From an uncultured Gammaproteobacteria bacterium (GTDB lineage Bacteria; Patescibacteriota; Patescibacteriia; Buchananbacterales; GWA2-38-13): 38,034 nt of DNA. Below are positions 8,842 through 17,863 of the stretch, one piece after another. Below the pieces are notes generated by a model, which was not told the origin of the DNA, did no database searches, and saw only the letters and a list, made by a program, of their open reading frames with translations. Where the stretch lies: assembly GCA_964373925.1 (NCBI GenBank), contig CAYJWS010000002.1, positions 4,280 to 42,313 of the forward strand, read 5' to 3'. The number at the start of each line of letters is the position of its first letter. The stretch's first letter is position 1. The position numbers and the translations under genes are program-made.

Positions 8842-10390
8842 AAAAAATATTAGAAAAAAGATTGGACCCGTGGTATTGCTTATAATCGACGGGTTGGGCA
8901 TAGCGCCAAAGGGCCACGGGAATGCCATTAGTTTGGCAAAAACGCCAAACATGAATCGCATCATTCGCAAATATCCCAATACGCGCCTTCATGCGTCAGG
9001 CCGATTTGTAGGCTTACCTTCCGATCAAGTTGGAAATTCGGAAGCAGGACACATGAACATAGGAGCCGGAAGAGTGGTTGAACAAGACGCGGTCAAAATC
9101 GGCCGCGCCATAAATCAGGGATCATTTTTTAGAAATCCTATTTTTATTAATGCGTTAAAGCACATAAAAAAATATAATTCCAATCTGCACCTTATGGGTC
9201 TTTTATCCGACGGGCAAAGCGCTCATTCGGATCCCGACCATTTTCTCGCGCTTCTTACGTTTGCGAGAATGAACAACGTAAAAAACGTCTTCCTTCATTT
9301 ATTTTTAGACGGCAGGGACTCAGCTACCCATTCAAGCCTTAAGCTTGTTGAGGCGCTTGAGCGCGGCTTTAGAGACGAAAAAATTGCGACTCTCATGGGC
9401 CGTTTTTACGCCATGGACAGGAAAAAAAATTGGAAAAGAACAGAGCTTGCATATAACGCCATGGTCCTAGGGCAAGGGAAAAGGGCAAAAAGCCCGCAAG
9501 CGGCAATAACAGAAAGCTATAACAGGGGAGAAACGGACGAATTTGTTCCGCCCTACACTATTACAAAAGACGGAAAGCCCGTAGCTAATATCAAAGAAAA
9601 TGATACTATTGTTTTTTTTAACCTCCGGTCAGACAGAGCCCGCCAAATTACAAAAACATTCGTTCAGAATCATTTTGAAAAAATGAATAAGCATTCATTC
9701 AAAAGAAAAAAAATTCTCCATAATATTATTTTTATAGCGATGACAAATTTTGGCCCTGATCTGGGAAACGTGCTTACCGCGTATCCCAATGATCCCATAG
9801 CGGACACTCTTCCGATGCTTCTTGCTTCATATAAGCAAATATATATTACGGAAGCGGAAAAATACGCGCATATGACATATTTTATCAATGGTGGCTATCC
9901 CGACCCCGTAGCCAATGAAGTTCGGGTAAGAATCCCGTCGCCGGACGTAAAATATTACGCGACAACTCCTAAGATGTCCGTAGGTCGTGTTAATAAACAA
10001 GCGATACACAGCCTTGACACCTATGACTTTATTGCATTAAACTTCTCAAGTCCGGACATGATTGGGCATACAGGTGACCTCAACGCCACAATAAAAGCGA
10101 TAGAATATGTTGATATATGCATAGGCAAATTGGAAAAAGAAGTATTAAAAAGAAATGGAATTCTTATTATAACCGCGGATCATGGAAATGCTGAGGTAAT
10201 GATTCATCCCAAAACTCAAGAAATTTGCACAATGCACACTGCCAATCTTGTGCCCTTTATATTAGTTTCCCATAAATTATTTAAACTCAAGAAAAAATCT
10301 GGATTACTTTCTGACATATGCCCGACTATTTTACAATTATTCAATATTCAACAGCCAAATGTTATTACGAGAAAAAGCCTCATAATGTAA
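8834..10390 (+). CDS. gpmI: 2,3-bisphosphoglycerate-independent phosphoglycerate mutase, copy 1 (divergent)
   Basis: GNSEAGH, LDGRD, GRFYAMDR, RSDRARQ, EKYAH, DMIGHTG, TADHGNAE; start chosen at ATG 8834, overlapping the eno end. Confidence 0.9.
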   Translation: MVKKNIRKKIGPVVLLIIDGLGIAPKGHGNAISLAKTPNMNRIIRKYPNTRLHASGRFVGLPSDQVGNSEAGHMNIGAGRVVEQDAVKIGRAINQGSFFRNPIFINALKHIKKYNSNLHLMGLLSDGQSAHSDPDHFLALLTFARMNNVKNVFLHLFLDGRDSATHSSLKLVEALERGFRDEKIATLMGRFYAMDRKKNWKRTELAYNAMVLGQGKRAKSPQAAITESYNRGETDEFVPPYTITKDGKPVANIKENDTIVFFNLRSDRARQITKTFVQNHFEKMNKHSFKRKKILHNIIFIAMTNFGPDLGNVLTAYPNDPIADTLPMLLASYKQIYITEAEKYAHMTYFINGGYPDPVANEVRVRIPSPDVKYYATTPKMSVGRVNKQAIHSLDTYDFIALNFSSPDMIGHTGDLNATIKAIEYVDICIGKLEKEVLKRNGILIITADHGNAEVMIHPKTQEICTMHTANLVPFILVSHKLFKLKKKSGLLSDICPTILQLFNIQQPNVITRKSLIM

Positions 10391-10396
10391 AAACCA

Positions 10397-11989
10397 ATGA
10401 ATATTAAAAAACCAGTGCTTCTCATAATTTATGACGGATGGGGCGTGGCGCAGCCAACGCATGGAAATGCCATTACCCAGGCGAAAAAACCATTTTTTGA
10501 CCATCTTATTTCAACCTATCCGACAACCACCCTACAAGCCTCCGGTGAGGTTGTGGGTCTTGTATGGGGCGATATGGGAAACTCCGAAGTCGGACACTTA
10601 ACCATGGGTTCAGGAAGAATTATTTATCAAAGCCTTGCCAGAATAAACAAAAATATCATTAATGAAAATTTTTTTTCCAATCAGGCCTTTATGGATTGTG
10701 AAAAGCATGTTAAAAAAAACAATTCATCTCTTCATCTTATTGGACTTGTGTCAAACGGGGGAGTACATAGCCACCAGGATCATCTTTACGCATTGCTTGA
10801 TTTTTGCAAAAGAAAATCCATCAAAAACGTTTTCATTCATGCGATTCTTGACGGAAGAGATACTATAAAAGACGGCGGATTAAATTTTATAAAATCATTG
10901 CAGATAAAAATAAAAGAATTAGGTGTTGGCATCATTGCTTCAATATCAGGAAGATTCTATGCCATGGATCGCGATAATCACTGGGAGAGGATAGAGAAAG
11001 CATATAACGCCATGGTTGAAGGCACATCCGAATATACGGCAAAAGATTCGCTTGAGGCAATAGCGCTTTCATATTCGAAAGGAGTCTATGATGAAGAATG
11101 TAATCCAACCATCATAACAGATCATGAAAAACTCCTAAACACCGTGCAAGAAAATGACGCAGTGATTTTTTTCAATTTTCGACCTGATCGCGCACGCCAA
11201 TTAACGCAAGCATTCACGCTTCCCGGATTTGAAAAATTCAGAAGAAAAAAATATCTAAAAAATTTATTATTTGTTTCTTTTACGCAATATGACAAAAATT
11301 TTCCAGTTGAAGTCGCTTTCCCTCCCATTCAAACCAATAAAACACTTGCGGAAATATTGTCAGAGCACGACCTCACCCAGCTTCATGTAGCCGAAACAGA
11401 AAAATATGCGCATGTTACATACTTTTTTAATGGAGGAATTGAAACGCCGTTTAAAAACGAAGATAGGGTTCTTGTTGCGTCACCCATGGTTATGAGTTAC
11501 GATCAAAAACCCGATATGAGCGCATATGAAATCACACAAAGATGCCTCAAGGAAATAGCGAGTAACAAATATGATTTTATTGTTTTAAATTTTGCAAACG
11601 CGGATATGGTAGGGCATACTGGAAACTTCGATGCCACCATAAAAGCGGTACAGGTGATCGATGAATGCACAGAAAAACTTGTCCAATCCGTTCTTTCTAA
11701 AGACGGAGTTGTCCTTATCACCGCGGACCATGGCAATGCGGAGGAGATGATAAACTTGCAAAGCGGAGAAACAATGAAAGAGCATACAAATAATCCTATA
11801 CCTTTTATCCTTATTGGAAAGCAATGGGAGAGAAAAGAATTTGATGCAACACAAAAGTTGCCAAACCAAGAACTCCATACTATCGTACCATCAGGAATGC
11901 TTGCGGATGTTGCTCCGACCATTCTCACCGTACTTAATCTCCCCATTCCAAAAGAAATGCTGGGAAAATCTCTTATTTCTCCAAATTGA
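10397..11989 (+). CDS. gpmI: 2,3-bisphosphoglycerate-independent phosphoglycerate mutase, copy 2 (canonical)
   Basis: GNSEVGH, GGVHSH, FNFRPDRARQ, AETEKYAHVT, NADMVGHTG, TADHGNAE. Confidence 0.95.
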   Translation: MNIKKPVLLIIYDGWGVAQPTHGNAITQAKKPFFDHLISTYPTTTLQASGEVVGLVWGDMGNSEVGHLTMGSGRIIYQSLARINKNIINENFFSNQAFMDCEKHVKKNNSSLHLIGLVSNGGVHSHQDHLYALLDFCKRKSIKNVFIHAILDGRDTIKDGGLNFIKSLQIKIKELGVGIIASISGRFYAMDRDNHWERIEKAYNAMVEGTSEYTAKDSLEAIALSYSKGVYDEECNPTIITDHEKLLNTVQENDAVIFFNFRPDRARQLTQAFTLPGFEKFRRKKYLKNLLFVSFTQYDKNFPVEVAFPPIQTNKTLAEILSEHDLTQLHVAETEKYAHVTYFFNGGIETPFKNEDRVLVASPMVMSYDQKPDMSAYEITQRCLKEIASNKYDFIVLNFANADMVGHTGNFDATIKAVQVIDECTEKLVQSVLSKDGVVLITADHGNAEEMINLQSGETMKEHTNNPIPFILIGKQWERKEFDATQKLPNQELHTIVPSGMLADVAPTILTVLNLPIPKEMLGKSLISPN

Positions 11990-12014
11990 TTTTTTTAGAT
12001 ATTCCCTGTATACT
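11986..12014 (+). promoter_or_regulatory. Putative promoter for the GT2 cluster (leaderless geometry)
   Basis: TTGATT 11986-11991, 17 nt spacer, TATACT 12009-12014, 6 nt before ATG 12021. Confidence 0.5.
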
Positions 12015-12020
12015 ATTGAC

Positions 12021-13523
12021 ATGAAAACATCAAAAATATACAGGTTATTTGAAATTATTCCAGGCTCTTTAGTATGGATGACCATACTTTTTTGTTTACT
12101 ACTATCCTTTCTAAAGCCGCTGTGGGCCGTATATTTTATTATTATCTTTGACATATATTGGCTTTTACGCATCATATATCTTCTCATCTTTATGATCTAC
12201 AGCTGGAGCCAATACAAAGAGACGCTAAAAATTGATTGGCTAGAAAAACTCCAAACCGCGTGCACGCATTGGCAAGATTATTATCATCTGATTTTTCTTC
12301 CAGTGTATAATGAGACACAGGAAATTATTGAAGAAGCATTTGAAAGTTTAACGCGCACGCACTATCCGCTGAATAAATATATTATTGTTTTAGCAGGAGA
12401 GGAACGCGGAGGAAAAAATGAGTTTTTAAAAAAATCACAATATATTGAAAAAAAATACTGTAATCACTTTAAAAAAATATTCATAAATATCCATCCCGCG
12501 AATCTAAAAAATGAAATTCCCGGCAAAGGGTCAAACTTGCATCACGCGGGAAAAGAAATAAAAAAGCTTATTGACGAATGGAGGCTCGATTATTCAAAAA
12601 TTATTGTTTCAAGCTTTGACATAGACACGCGGCCCCACAAAGAATATTTTGGATACCTTGCCTACACATATTCAATACAAAAATATCCCACAAGAGCGAG
12701 TTATCAGCCAATCGCGATATATAACAACAACGTCTGGCAGTCAAACGCAATTATTAGGGTGGTTGCCAGCTCAACGACATTCTGGCTTTTCACCGACCTT
12801 GCAAGGCCGGAGAGGCTTTACACTTTTTCTTCTCATAGCATGAGCTTTAAAGCATTGGTTGATGTTGGATTTTGGGATAAAACAATAGTCACGGAAGATT
12901 CAAAAATCTTTTTGCAGTGTTTCCTTAAATACGGGGGTGATTATAAAGTTATTCCTCTTTTTATGCCAGTATTTATGAATACCGTGGAAATAGGAAAATT
13001 TTGGAAAAGCTTAAAAAATCAATATAAACAAATGAGAAGATGGGCATGGGGTGTGGAGCACTTTCCATGGATGATGATCCACTTTTTTTGGGATAAAAAT
13101 GCTCAATCCATTCCTTTTCGAAAAAAGATTCATTATCTCTGGAATTTGCTTGAAGGAACATATTCTTGGGCAACAGCGCCCTTTATTATCTATATTTTAG
13201 GACATCTCCCTTTGTGGGTGGCGATGTCTCAAGAAAAAAACATGACGGTTTTCCAAAATGCTCCTTATATTCTCTCATACCTTATGCGCGCGTCGCTTGT
13301 GGGGATTATAGTTATAGCCATAATGTACAGCCTTATGCTTCCACCAAAACCCAAGAATGCGCCTACATACCAATACATAACCATAATTTTGCAGTGGCTG
13401 CTTATTCCGATTACCCTTGTTTTGTTTGGTTCTATTCCTGCAACCGATGCGCTAACGCGCCTTATGCTTGGAGGAAAATATAAATTAGGATTTTGGGTTA
13501 CTGAAAAAGCATCCTCAAAATAA
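12021..13523 (+). CDS. Membrane-integrated GT2 glycosyltransferase with processive-type motifs
   Basis: 2 N-terminal TMs, PVYNE, GKGSN, DxD (FDID), TED, QxxRW (QMRRW), C-terminal TMs; start at MKTSK. Confidence 0.85.
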   Translation: MKTSKIYRLFEIIPGSLVWMTILFCLLLSFLKPLWAVYFIIIFDIYWLLRIIYLLIFMIYSWSQYKETLKIDWLEKLQTACTHWQDYYHLIFLPVYNETQEIIEEAFESLTRTHYPLNKYIIVLAGEERGGKNEFLKKSQYIEKKYCNHFKKIFINIHPANLKNEIPGKGSNLHHAGKEIKKLIDEWRLDYSKIIVSSFDIDTRPHKEYFGYLAYTYSIQKYPTRASYQPIAIYNNNVWQSNAIIRVVASSTTFWLFTDLARPERLYTFSSHSMSFKALVDVGFWDKTIVTEDSKIFLQCFLKYGGDYKVIPLFMPVFMNTVEIGKFWKSLKNQYKQMRRWAWGVEHFPWMMIHFFWDKNAQSIPFRKKIHYLWNLLEGTYSWATAPFIIYILGHLPLWVAMSQEKNMTVFQNAPYILSYLMRASLVGIIVIAIMYSLMLPPKPKNAPTYQYITIILQWLLIPITLVLFGSIPATDALTRLMLGGKYKLGFWVTEKASSK

Positions 13524-13541
13524 TAATATCAACGCATACAT

Positions 13542-14573
13542 ATGTCTTCTATAACAATTCTGATAGTCACATGGAATTCAATGAATTATATTTATGACTG
13601 CCTCCAATCCCTTTCACGACAGACATATAAAGATTATTCAATTATAGCCATTGATAATGGCTCAACGGATGGCACTGTTGAATATATCAGAAATAATTAT
13701 CCTACTGTTTCCATCCTTCAAAATTTTAAAAATATGGGATTTAGTTTTGCTAATAATCAAGGCATAAAACTTACAAAAAGCCCATATATACTTACGCTCA
13801 ATCCCGATGTTATTCTAAATGGTGATTTTCTTGAGCATATAATTCAATGTGCCAATAAACATCCAAGGGCTGGAAGCATTTGCGGAAAACTGTTTAAACT
13901 ATCAAGCCTACAAATAGATCCTGAAATTTCCGGAAAAGGTTTGCGAACGCCGATAAAATCCGAGATAATAGATACCACCGGGCTTATAATGCTTAAAAAT
14001 AGAAAAGCATTAAACAGGGGAGAGGGGGAGGGGGAAAATAATAATTACGAAAAAGAAATCCAGGTGTTTGGAGCATCGGGGTGTTGCGCGCTCTATAAAA
14101 AAGAAGCGCTTCAAGATGTCGCAATTTTTAATGAATATTTTGACGAAGATTTTTTCGCATACAAAGAAGACATTGATCTTGCATGGAGATTGCGGCTCTA
14201 TGGATGGGAATCATGGTATACTCCCAATGCGGTTGGGTATCATCATCGCGGTTTTTCATCTTCAAAAGAAAAAACAACAAAAAAAATAAATGAATCAAGG
14301 CAAAAGGTCTCAATGGCGATCCGTTCACTTTCTTTTAGGAACCATCATCTTTTGCTTATTAAAAATGAGCAGTTTAATCAATTTATAATAAATTTTTTTT
14401 CTATACTATTTTATGAACTCGGTATTTTTTTGTATGTGATATTTTTTGAATCATTCCAAATAAAAAATTTTAAAAAAATTATTCAAAATATTCCAAAAAT
14501 GCTCAAAAAAAGGAAAATAATTATGTCGTCAAAGAAACTAAACTCAAAAGAAATCAGGCAATGGTTTCAATAA
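13542..14573 (+). CDS. GT2 family glycosyltransferase (GT_2_like_c)
   Basis: IVTWN, DNGSTDGT, N.GF..ANNQG, LNPD, FDEDFFAYKEDIDLAWR. Confidence 0.9.
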   Translation: MSSITILIVTWNSMNYIYDCLQSLSRQTYKDYSIIAIDNGSTDGTVEYIRNNYPTVSILQNFKNMGFSFANNQGIKLTKSPYILTLNPDVILNGDFLEHIIQCANKHPRAGSICGKLFKLSSLQIDPEISGKGLRTPIKSEIIDTTGLIMLKNRKALNRGEGEGENNNYEKEIQVFGASGCCALYKKEALQDVAIFNEYFDEDFFAYKEDIDLAWRLRLYGWESWYTPNAVGYHHRGFSSSKEKTTKKINESRQKVSMAIRSLSFRNHHLLLIKNEQFNQFIINFFSILFYELGIFLYVIFFESFQIKNFKKIIQNIPKMLKKRKIIMSSKKLNSKEIRQWFQ

Positions 14574-14577
14574 TATT

Positions 14578-15378
14578 ATGGAAGTATCAATCATCATTCT
14601 AAATTACAAGCAAAAAGGGCTTGTGAAACAATGCGTTAAGGGCATACTGCAGTCTCATATCAAGGTTTCGCATGAAATAATCGTCGTTGATAACAACTCA
14701 CAGGATGGGTGTATCGAGATGATTAGGGAGACATTTCCGCAAATAATCGCTATCGCCTCGGAAAAAAATGGAGGATTTGCCTATGGAAACAATCTTGGCA
14801 TTCAAAAATCCAGTGGAAAATATGTAGTGATATTAAATCCAGATATAGCATTTACCGAAAATGTGATAGAGCATATGATTGCATACATGGAAAAAAATAA
14901 AAACGTAGGAATTGTCGCGCCAAAACTGATAAATCCGGATGGAACAATACAGTACTCATGCAGAAGATTTCCAAAAATTTTTACCCCTATTTTAAGAAGA
15001 ACTTTTTTAGGAAATTTTTTTTTCGCAAAAAAATGGCTCAGCTCCTACCTCATGGAAGACTGGGACCACAATTCAAATAAAAAAGTGGATTGGATTTTTG
15101 GAGCAATTATCATGATGAGAAAAGAATTTCTTGAAAAAGTTGGGTTTTTTGATGAACGATTTTTTTTATATTTTGAAGATTGCGACCTGTGTCGGCGCTT
15201 TTGGGAAAAAGGATTTGAGGTGTGGTATCTTTCCGATATCGAACTGACACACTATCATCAAAGGCTTTCAGGTCAAAAAATCGGGGTTTTGTCAATATTT
15301 GACAGAGCTACGCAAATCCACATAGCATCGGCAATCAAATATTTCGCGAAATACCTCGGAGCGTCTTCGCCAAGATGA
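14578..15378 (+). CDS. GT2 family glycosyltransferase (WbbL/rhamnosyltransferase-like)
   Basis: IILNY, VDNNSQDG, NGGFAYGNN.G, LNPD, FDERFFLYFEDCDLCRR. Confidence 0.9.
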   Translation: MEVSIIILNYKQKGLVKQCVKGILQSHIKVSHEIIVVDNNSQDGCIEMIRETFPQIIAIASEKNGGFAYGNNLGIQKSSGKYVVILNPDIAFTENVIEHMIAYMEKNKNVGIVAPKLINPDGTIQYSCRRFPKIFTPILRRTFLGNFFFAKKWLSSYLMEDWDHNSNKKVDWIFGAIIMMRKEFLEKVGFFDERFFLYFEDCDLCRRFWEKGFEVWYLSDIELTHYHQRLSGQKIGVLSIFDRATQIHIASAIKYFAKYLGASSPR

Positions 15379-15392
15379 GGCCGCAGAAAAAC

Positions 15393-15488
15393 TGTCATCC
15401 CGTACCCCCGATAGCTATCGGGGGATCTAAAAGAATGAAATATGGTAATTTGCTGGATTCCGTCCGCTAGCTGGCGGACGGAATGACA
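15393..15488. repeat. REP-like TGTCAT...ATGACA palindromic element
   Basis: Terminal TGTCAT/ATGACA; perfect 20-bp palindrome at 15405-15424; 11-bp stem 15457-15467/15474-15484. Confidence 0.7.
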
Positions 15489-15579
15489 ATTTTACTTTTT
15501 GTACACCCAAGATACTATAAAGCCTAGACAAAATTATAAATATATCTTAAAGTAGAAATACTCCATTTTTAAAAAATGT

Positions 15580-16587
15580 ATGCTGATAAAAAAAATAGGA
15601 ATAGATTTGGGAACGACTAATACGCTGGTATATGTTCCAAAAAGAGGGATTATCATCAACGAACCTTCCGTTGTTGCTATTTCTGTGATAGATAAAAAAA
15701 TTTTAACCGTAGGCAATGAAGCAAAAGAAATGTTGGGGAAAACTCCAGAAACTATTATTGCCACGCGCCCGCTTAAGGACGGAGTAATCGCTGATTATAA
15801 AACTACTGCGGCCATGCTTCGATATTTTATTAATAAGGCGCTTGGCGGAATACGCCTGTTTCGTCCGGAAGTGATGGTTGCGGTTCCTGCAGGAATAACT
15901 TCTACAGAACGCAGGGCGGTCATTGACGCAACTATTGCCGCGGGAGCAAAAGCTGCGTATATAATCAAAGAGCCCATCGTCGCGGCCATTGGCGCGGATA
16001 TACCTATTGGAAGCCCGTCCGGACACATGATAATAGATATTGGTGGAGGCACCGCTGAAATGGCGATTATCTCTCTAGGAGGCATAGTCGTTTCAACTTC
16101 AGTAAGGATTGGTGGAAATAAATTTGATATGGCAATTATTGAATATATCAGGAAAAAACATAACCTCGCCATTGGCGAAAGCACTTCCGAACGAGCCAAG
16201 ATCGATGTTGGGTCGGCGCTTTTTCTCGGAGAAAAACTTTTAAAGGATATTAAGGGTAGAGATATGATTACCGGACTCCCTCGCACGATAGGCATTACCT
16301 CCGACGATATCACGGAGGCCCTTCAAAGCGAACTTGAGGGGATAGTTATCGCCGTTAAAGACCTTTTGCACAAAACACCCCCGGAACTTTCAGCGGACAT
16401 TATCGACAAGGGGATTATACTTTCGGGTGGATCAAGCCAGCTTCGCAATATTGATCAGCTTATTTCGCGGGCAACAGGCGTACCCGTATACGTTGCAGAA
16501 GATCCAATGCTCTGCGTGGCAAAAGGCACGGGAATAGCGCTTGAAAATTTAGAAAGCTATAAGCGAAGCATACTCGCCATGAGATAA
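15580..16587 (+). CDS. mreB: Rod shape-determining protein MreB (orphan copy, canonical ATPase motifs)
   Basis: IDLGTTNT, NEPSVVA, RPLKDGVIAD, KEPIVAAIG, DIGGGTAE, LSGGSS. Confidence 0.95.
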   Translation: MLIKKIGIDLGTTNTLVYVPKRGIIINEPSVVAISVIDKKILTVGNEAKEMLGKTPETIIATRPLKDGVIADYKTTAAMLRYFINKALGGIRLFRPEVMVAVPAGITSTERRAVIDATIAAGAKAAYIIKEPIVAAIGADIPIGSPSGHMIIDIGGGTAEMAIISLGGIVVSTSVRIGGNKFDMAIIEYIRKKHNLAIGESTSERAKIDVGSALFLGEKLLKDIKGRDMITGLPRTIGITSDDITEALQSELEGIVIAVKDLLHKTPPELSADIIDKGIILSGGSSQLRNIDQLISRATGVPVYVAEDPMLCVAKGTGIALENLESYKRSILAMR

Positions 16588-16648
16588 TAACCGCTAATAG
16601 ACAAGAGTGAAAATTATTGTTATAATTATAAAAAATAAGAAAACAAAT

Positions 16649-17662
16649 ATGGAAGTAAGGTGGGATATTCTCGGACATGAAAAAGCAAAAAAATACATGG
16701 AAAATTCTCTTATTTCAAAGAATCTCCATCACTGTTACATTCTTTTAGGACCTAAAGGAGTAGGCAAAGAAAAATTTGCGAGGCTTTGCATAAAATCTTT
16801 TCTTTGTTCTTCAAAAAAATCCGATATTCCATGCGGATTATGTATACATTGCAAATATTTTGATCAAGGTGCTCATCCGGATTTTTTTAAAATTTTTCTA
16901 TCTCTTTCTGAACAAGGGGAAAGGAAAAAAAATATAAGCATTGAACAAATAAAAGAAACTCAAAAAAATCTCAGCGTTCGGCCCCTTTTGAGTAATCATA
17001 GGGGGGTTATAATTGATTCGGCCGAAAGTCTTAGTGAAAAAGCATCAAACGCGCTTTTAAAAACGCTTGAGGAGCCCGCAGGAAATACCATTATTTTTTT
17101 AATCGCCACATCGCTGCGTACAATATTGCCCACCATACAATCAAGAAGCCATGTCATACATTTCTACGGCATTAATAATAATCTCATATATGAACATCTT
17201 TTAGTAAAAGGCGCCACGCGCGATCAGGCAAGGCTTTTTTCATCTCTTTCGTGCGGAATACCGAGTATTGCCATAGAATTTTTTAATGATTCCAAAAAAT
17301 ATGAAGAATATAAAAAAAGCTTTCTCCAGTGCCTTGAATATATTACGTTGCCTGCCTATAAAAAAATAATTTTATGCCAAAAAATATTTCAAAAGAAAAA
17401 AAATTTTGTTGGATCGGGAGATACGGCGAGATCATTATTCAATATTTGGCTCAAGGTGATACGAGATATCATGCATGCGAAGCTTTCAAACGATACAACA
17501 CTAAGCAATGTTTTTGCACTTGAGGAAATAAAACCATTAAGCGAAAAAATGTCCACTAAAAAAATAGCAAACATCTTTAACAGTATAATAAAAGCAAAAA
17601 AACTCATTGATGAAAACACAAATCCGGCAATGGTATATGAAAATTTTTTATTGAAAATATGA
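16649..17662 (+). CDS. holB: DNA polymerase III delta' subunit
   Basis: GPKGVGK, PCGLCIHC, HPD, SNALLKTLEEP, LPTIQSR; start at MEVRWDILGH. Confidence 0.9.
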   Translation: MEVRWDILGHEKAKKYMENSLISKNLHHCYILLGPKGVGKEKFARLCIKSFLCSSKKSDIPCGLCIHCKYFDQGAHPDFFKIFLSLSEQGERKKNISIEQIKETQKNLSVRPLLSNHRGVIIDSAESLSEKASNALLKTLEEPAGNTIIFLIATSLRTILPTIQSRSHVIHFYGINNNLIYEHLLVKGATRDQARLFSSLSCGIPSIAIEFFNDSKKYEEYKKSFLQCLEYITLPAYKKIILCQKIFQKKKNFVGSGDTARSLFNIWLKVIRDIMHAKLSNDTTLSNVFALEEIKPLSEKMSTKKIANIFNSIIKAKKLIDENTNPAMVYENFLLKI

Positions 17663-17712
17663 AACACATCTTCCGTAACTCTGTAGCAGAGATCGCAGAG
17701 TATAATGATATA

Positions 17713-17855
17713 TTTTTCATTCCCGTTCGGCCGAGCTCACGGCCGAGGCCCGAAGCTCTTTATCCCCCTTCTCCGCCAGCTGGCGGATTCGGGGGATTCC
17801 CTTCTGTTTTCATCCCCACGGCAGAGCTGCGGGTATTCAGCGGAGGGGAATAAAT
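17713..17855. mobile_element. Non-autonomous palindromic element resembling IS200/IS605 ends, with nested mini-palindromes
   Basis: GC-rich multi-hairpin island in AT-rich DNA; TTCATCCCCACGGCAGAGCTGCGGGTATTC hairpin; nested TCGGCCG-AGCTCA-CGGCCGA and TCCGCCAGCTGGCGGA. Confidence 0.45.
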
Positions 17856-17863
17856 AAAAAAAT

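Noticed and set aside
11814..12020. N-terminal extensions in the ORF track (also 8804, 16607, 21008, 27041, 5276, 20650)
   Set aside because: They overlap upstream genes or precede the homologous start; downstream ATGs match family N-termini
15795..16313. Long antisense ORFs opposite mreB and other core genes (also 23252-23647, 11503-11946, 26350-26838, 29510-30007)
   Set aside because: Shadow frames of conserved genes; no recognisable motifs or expression signals
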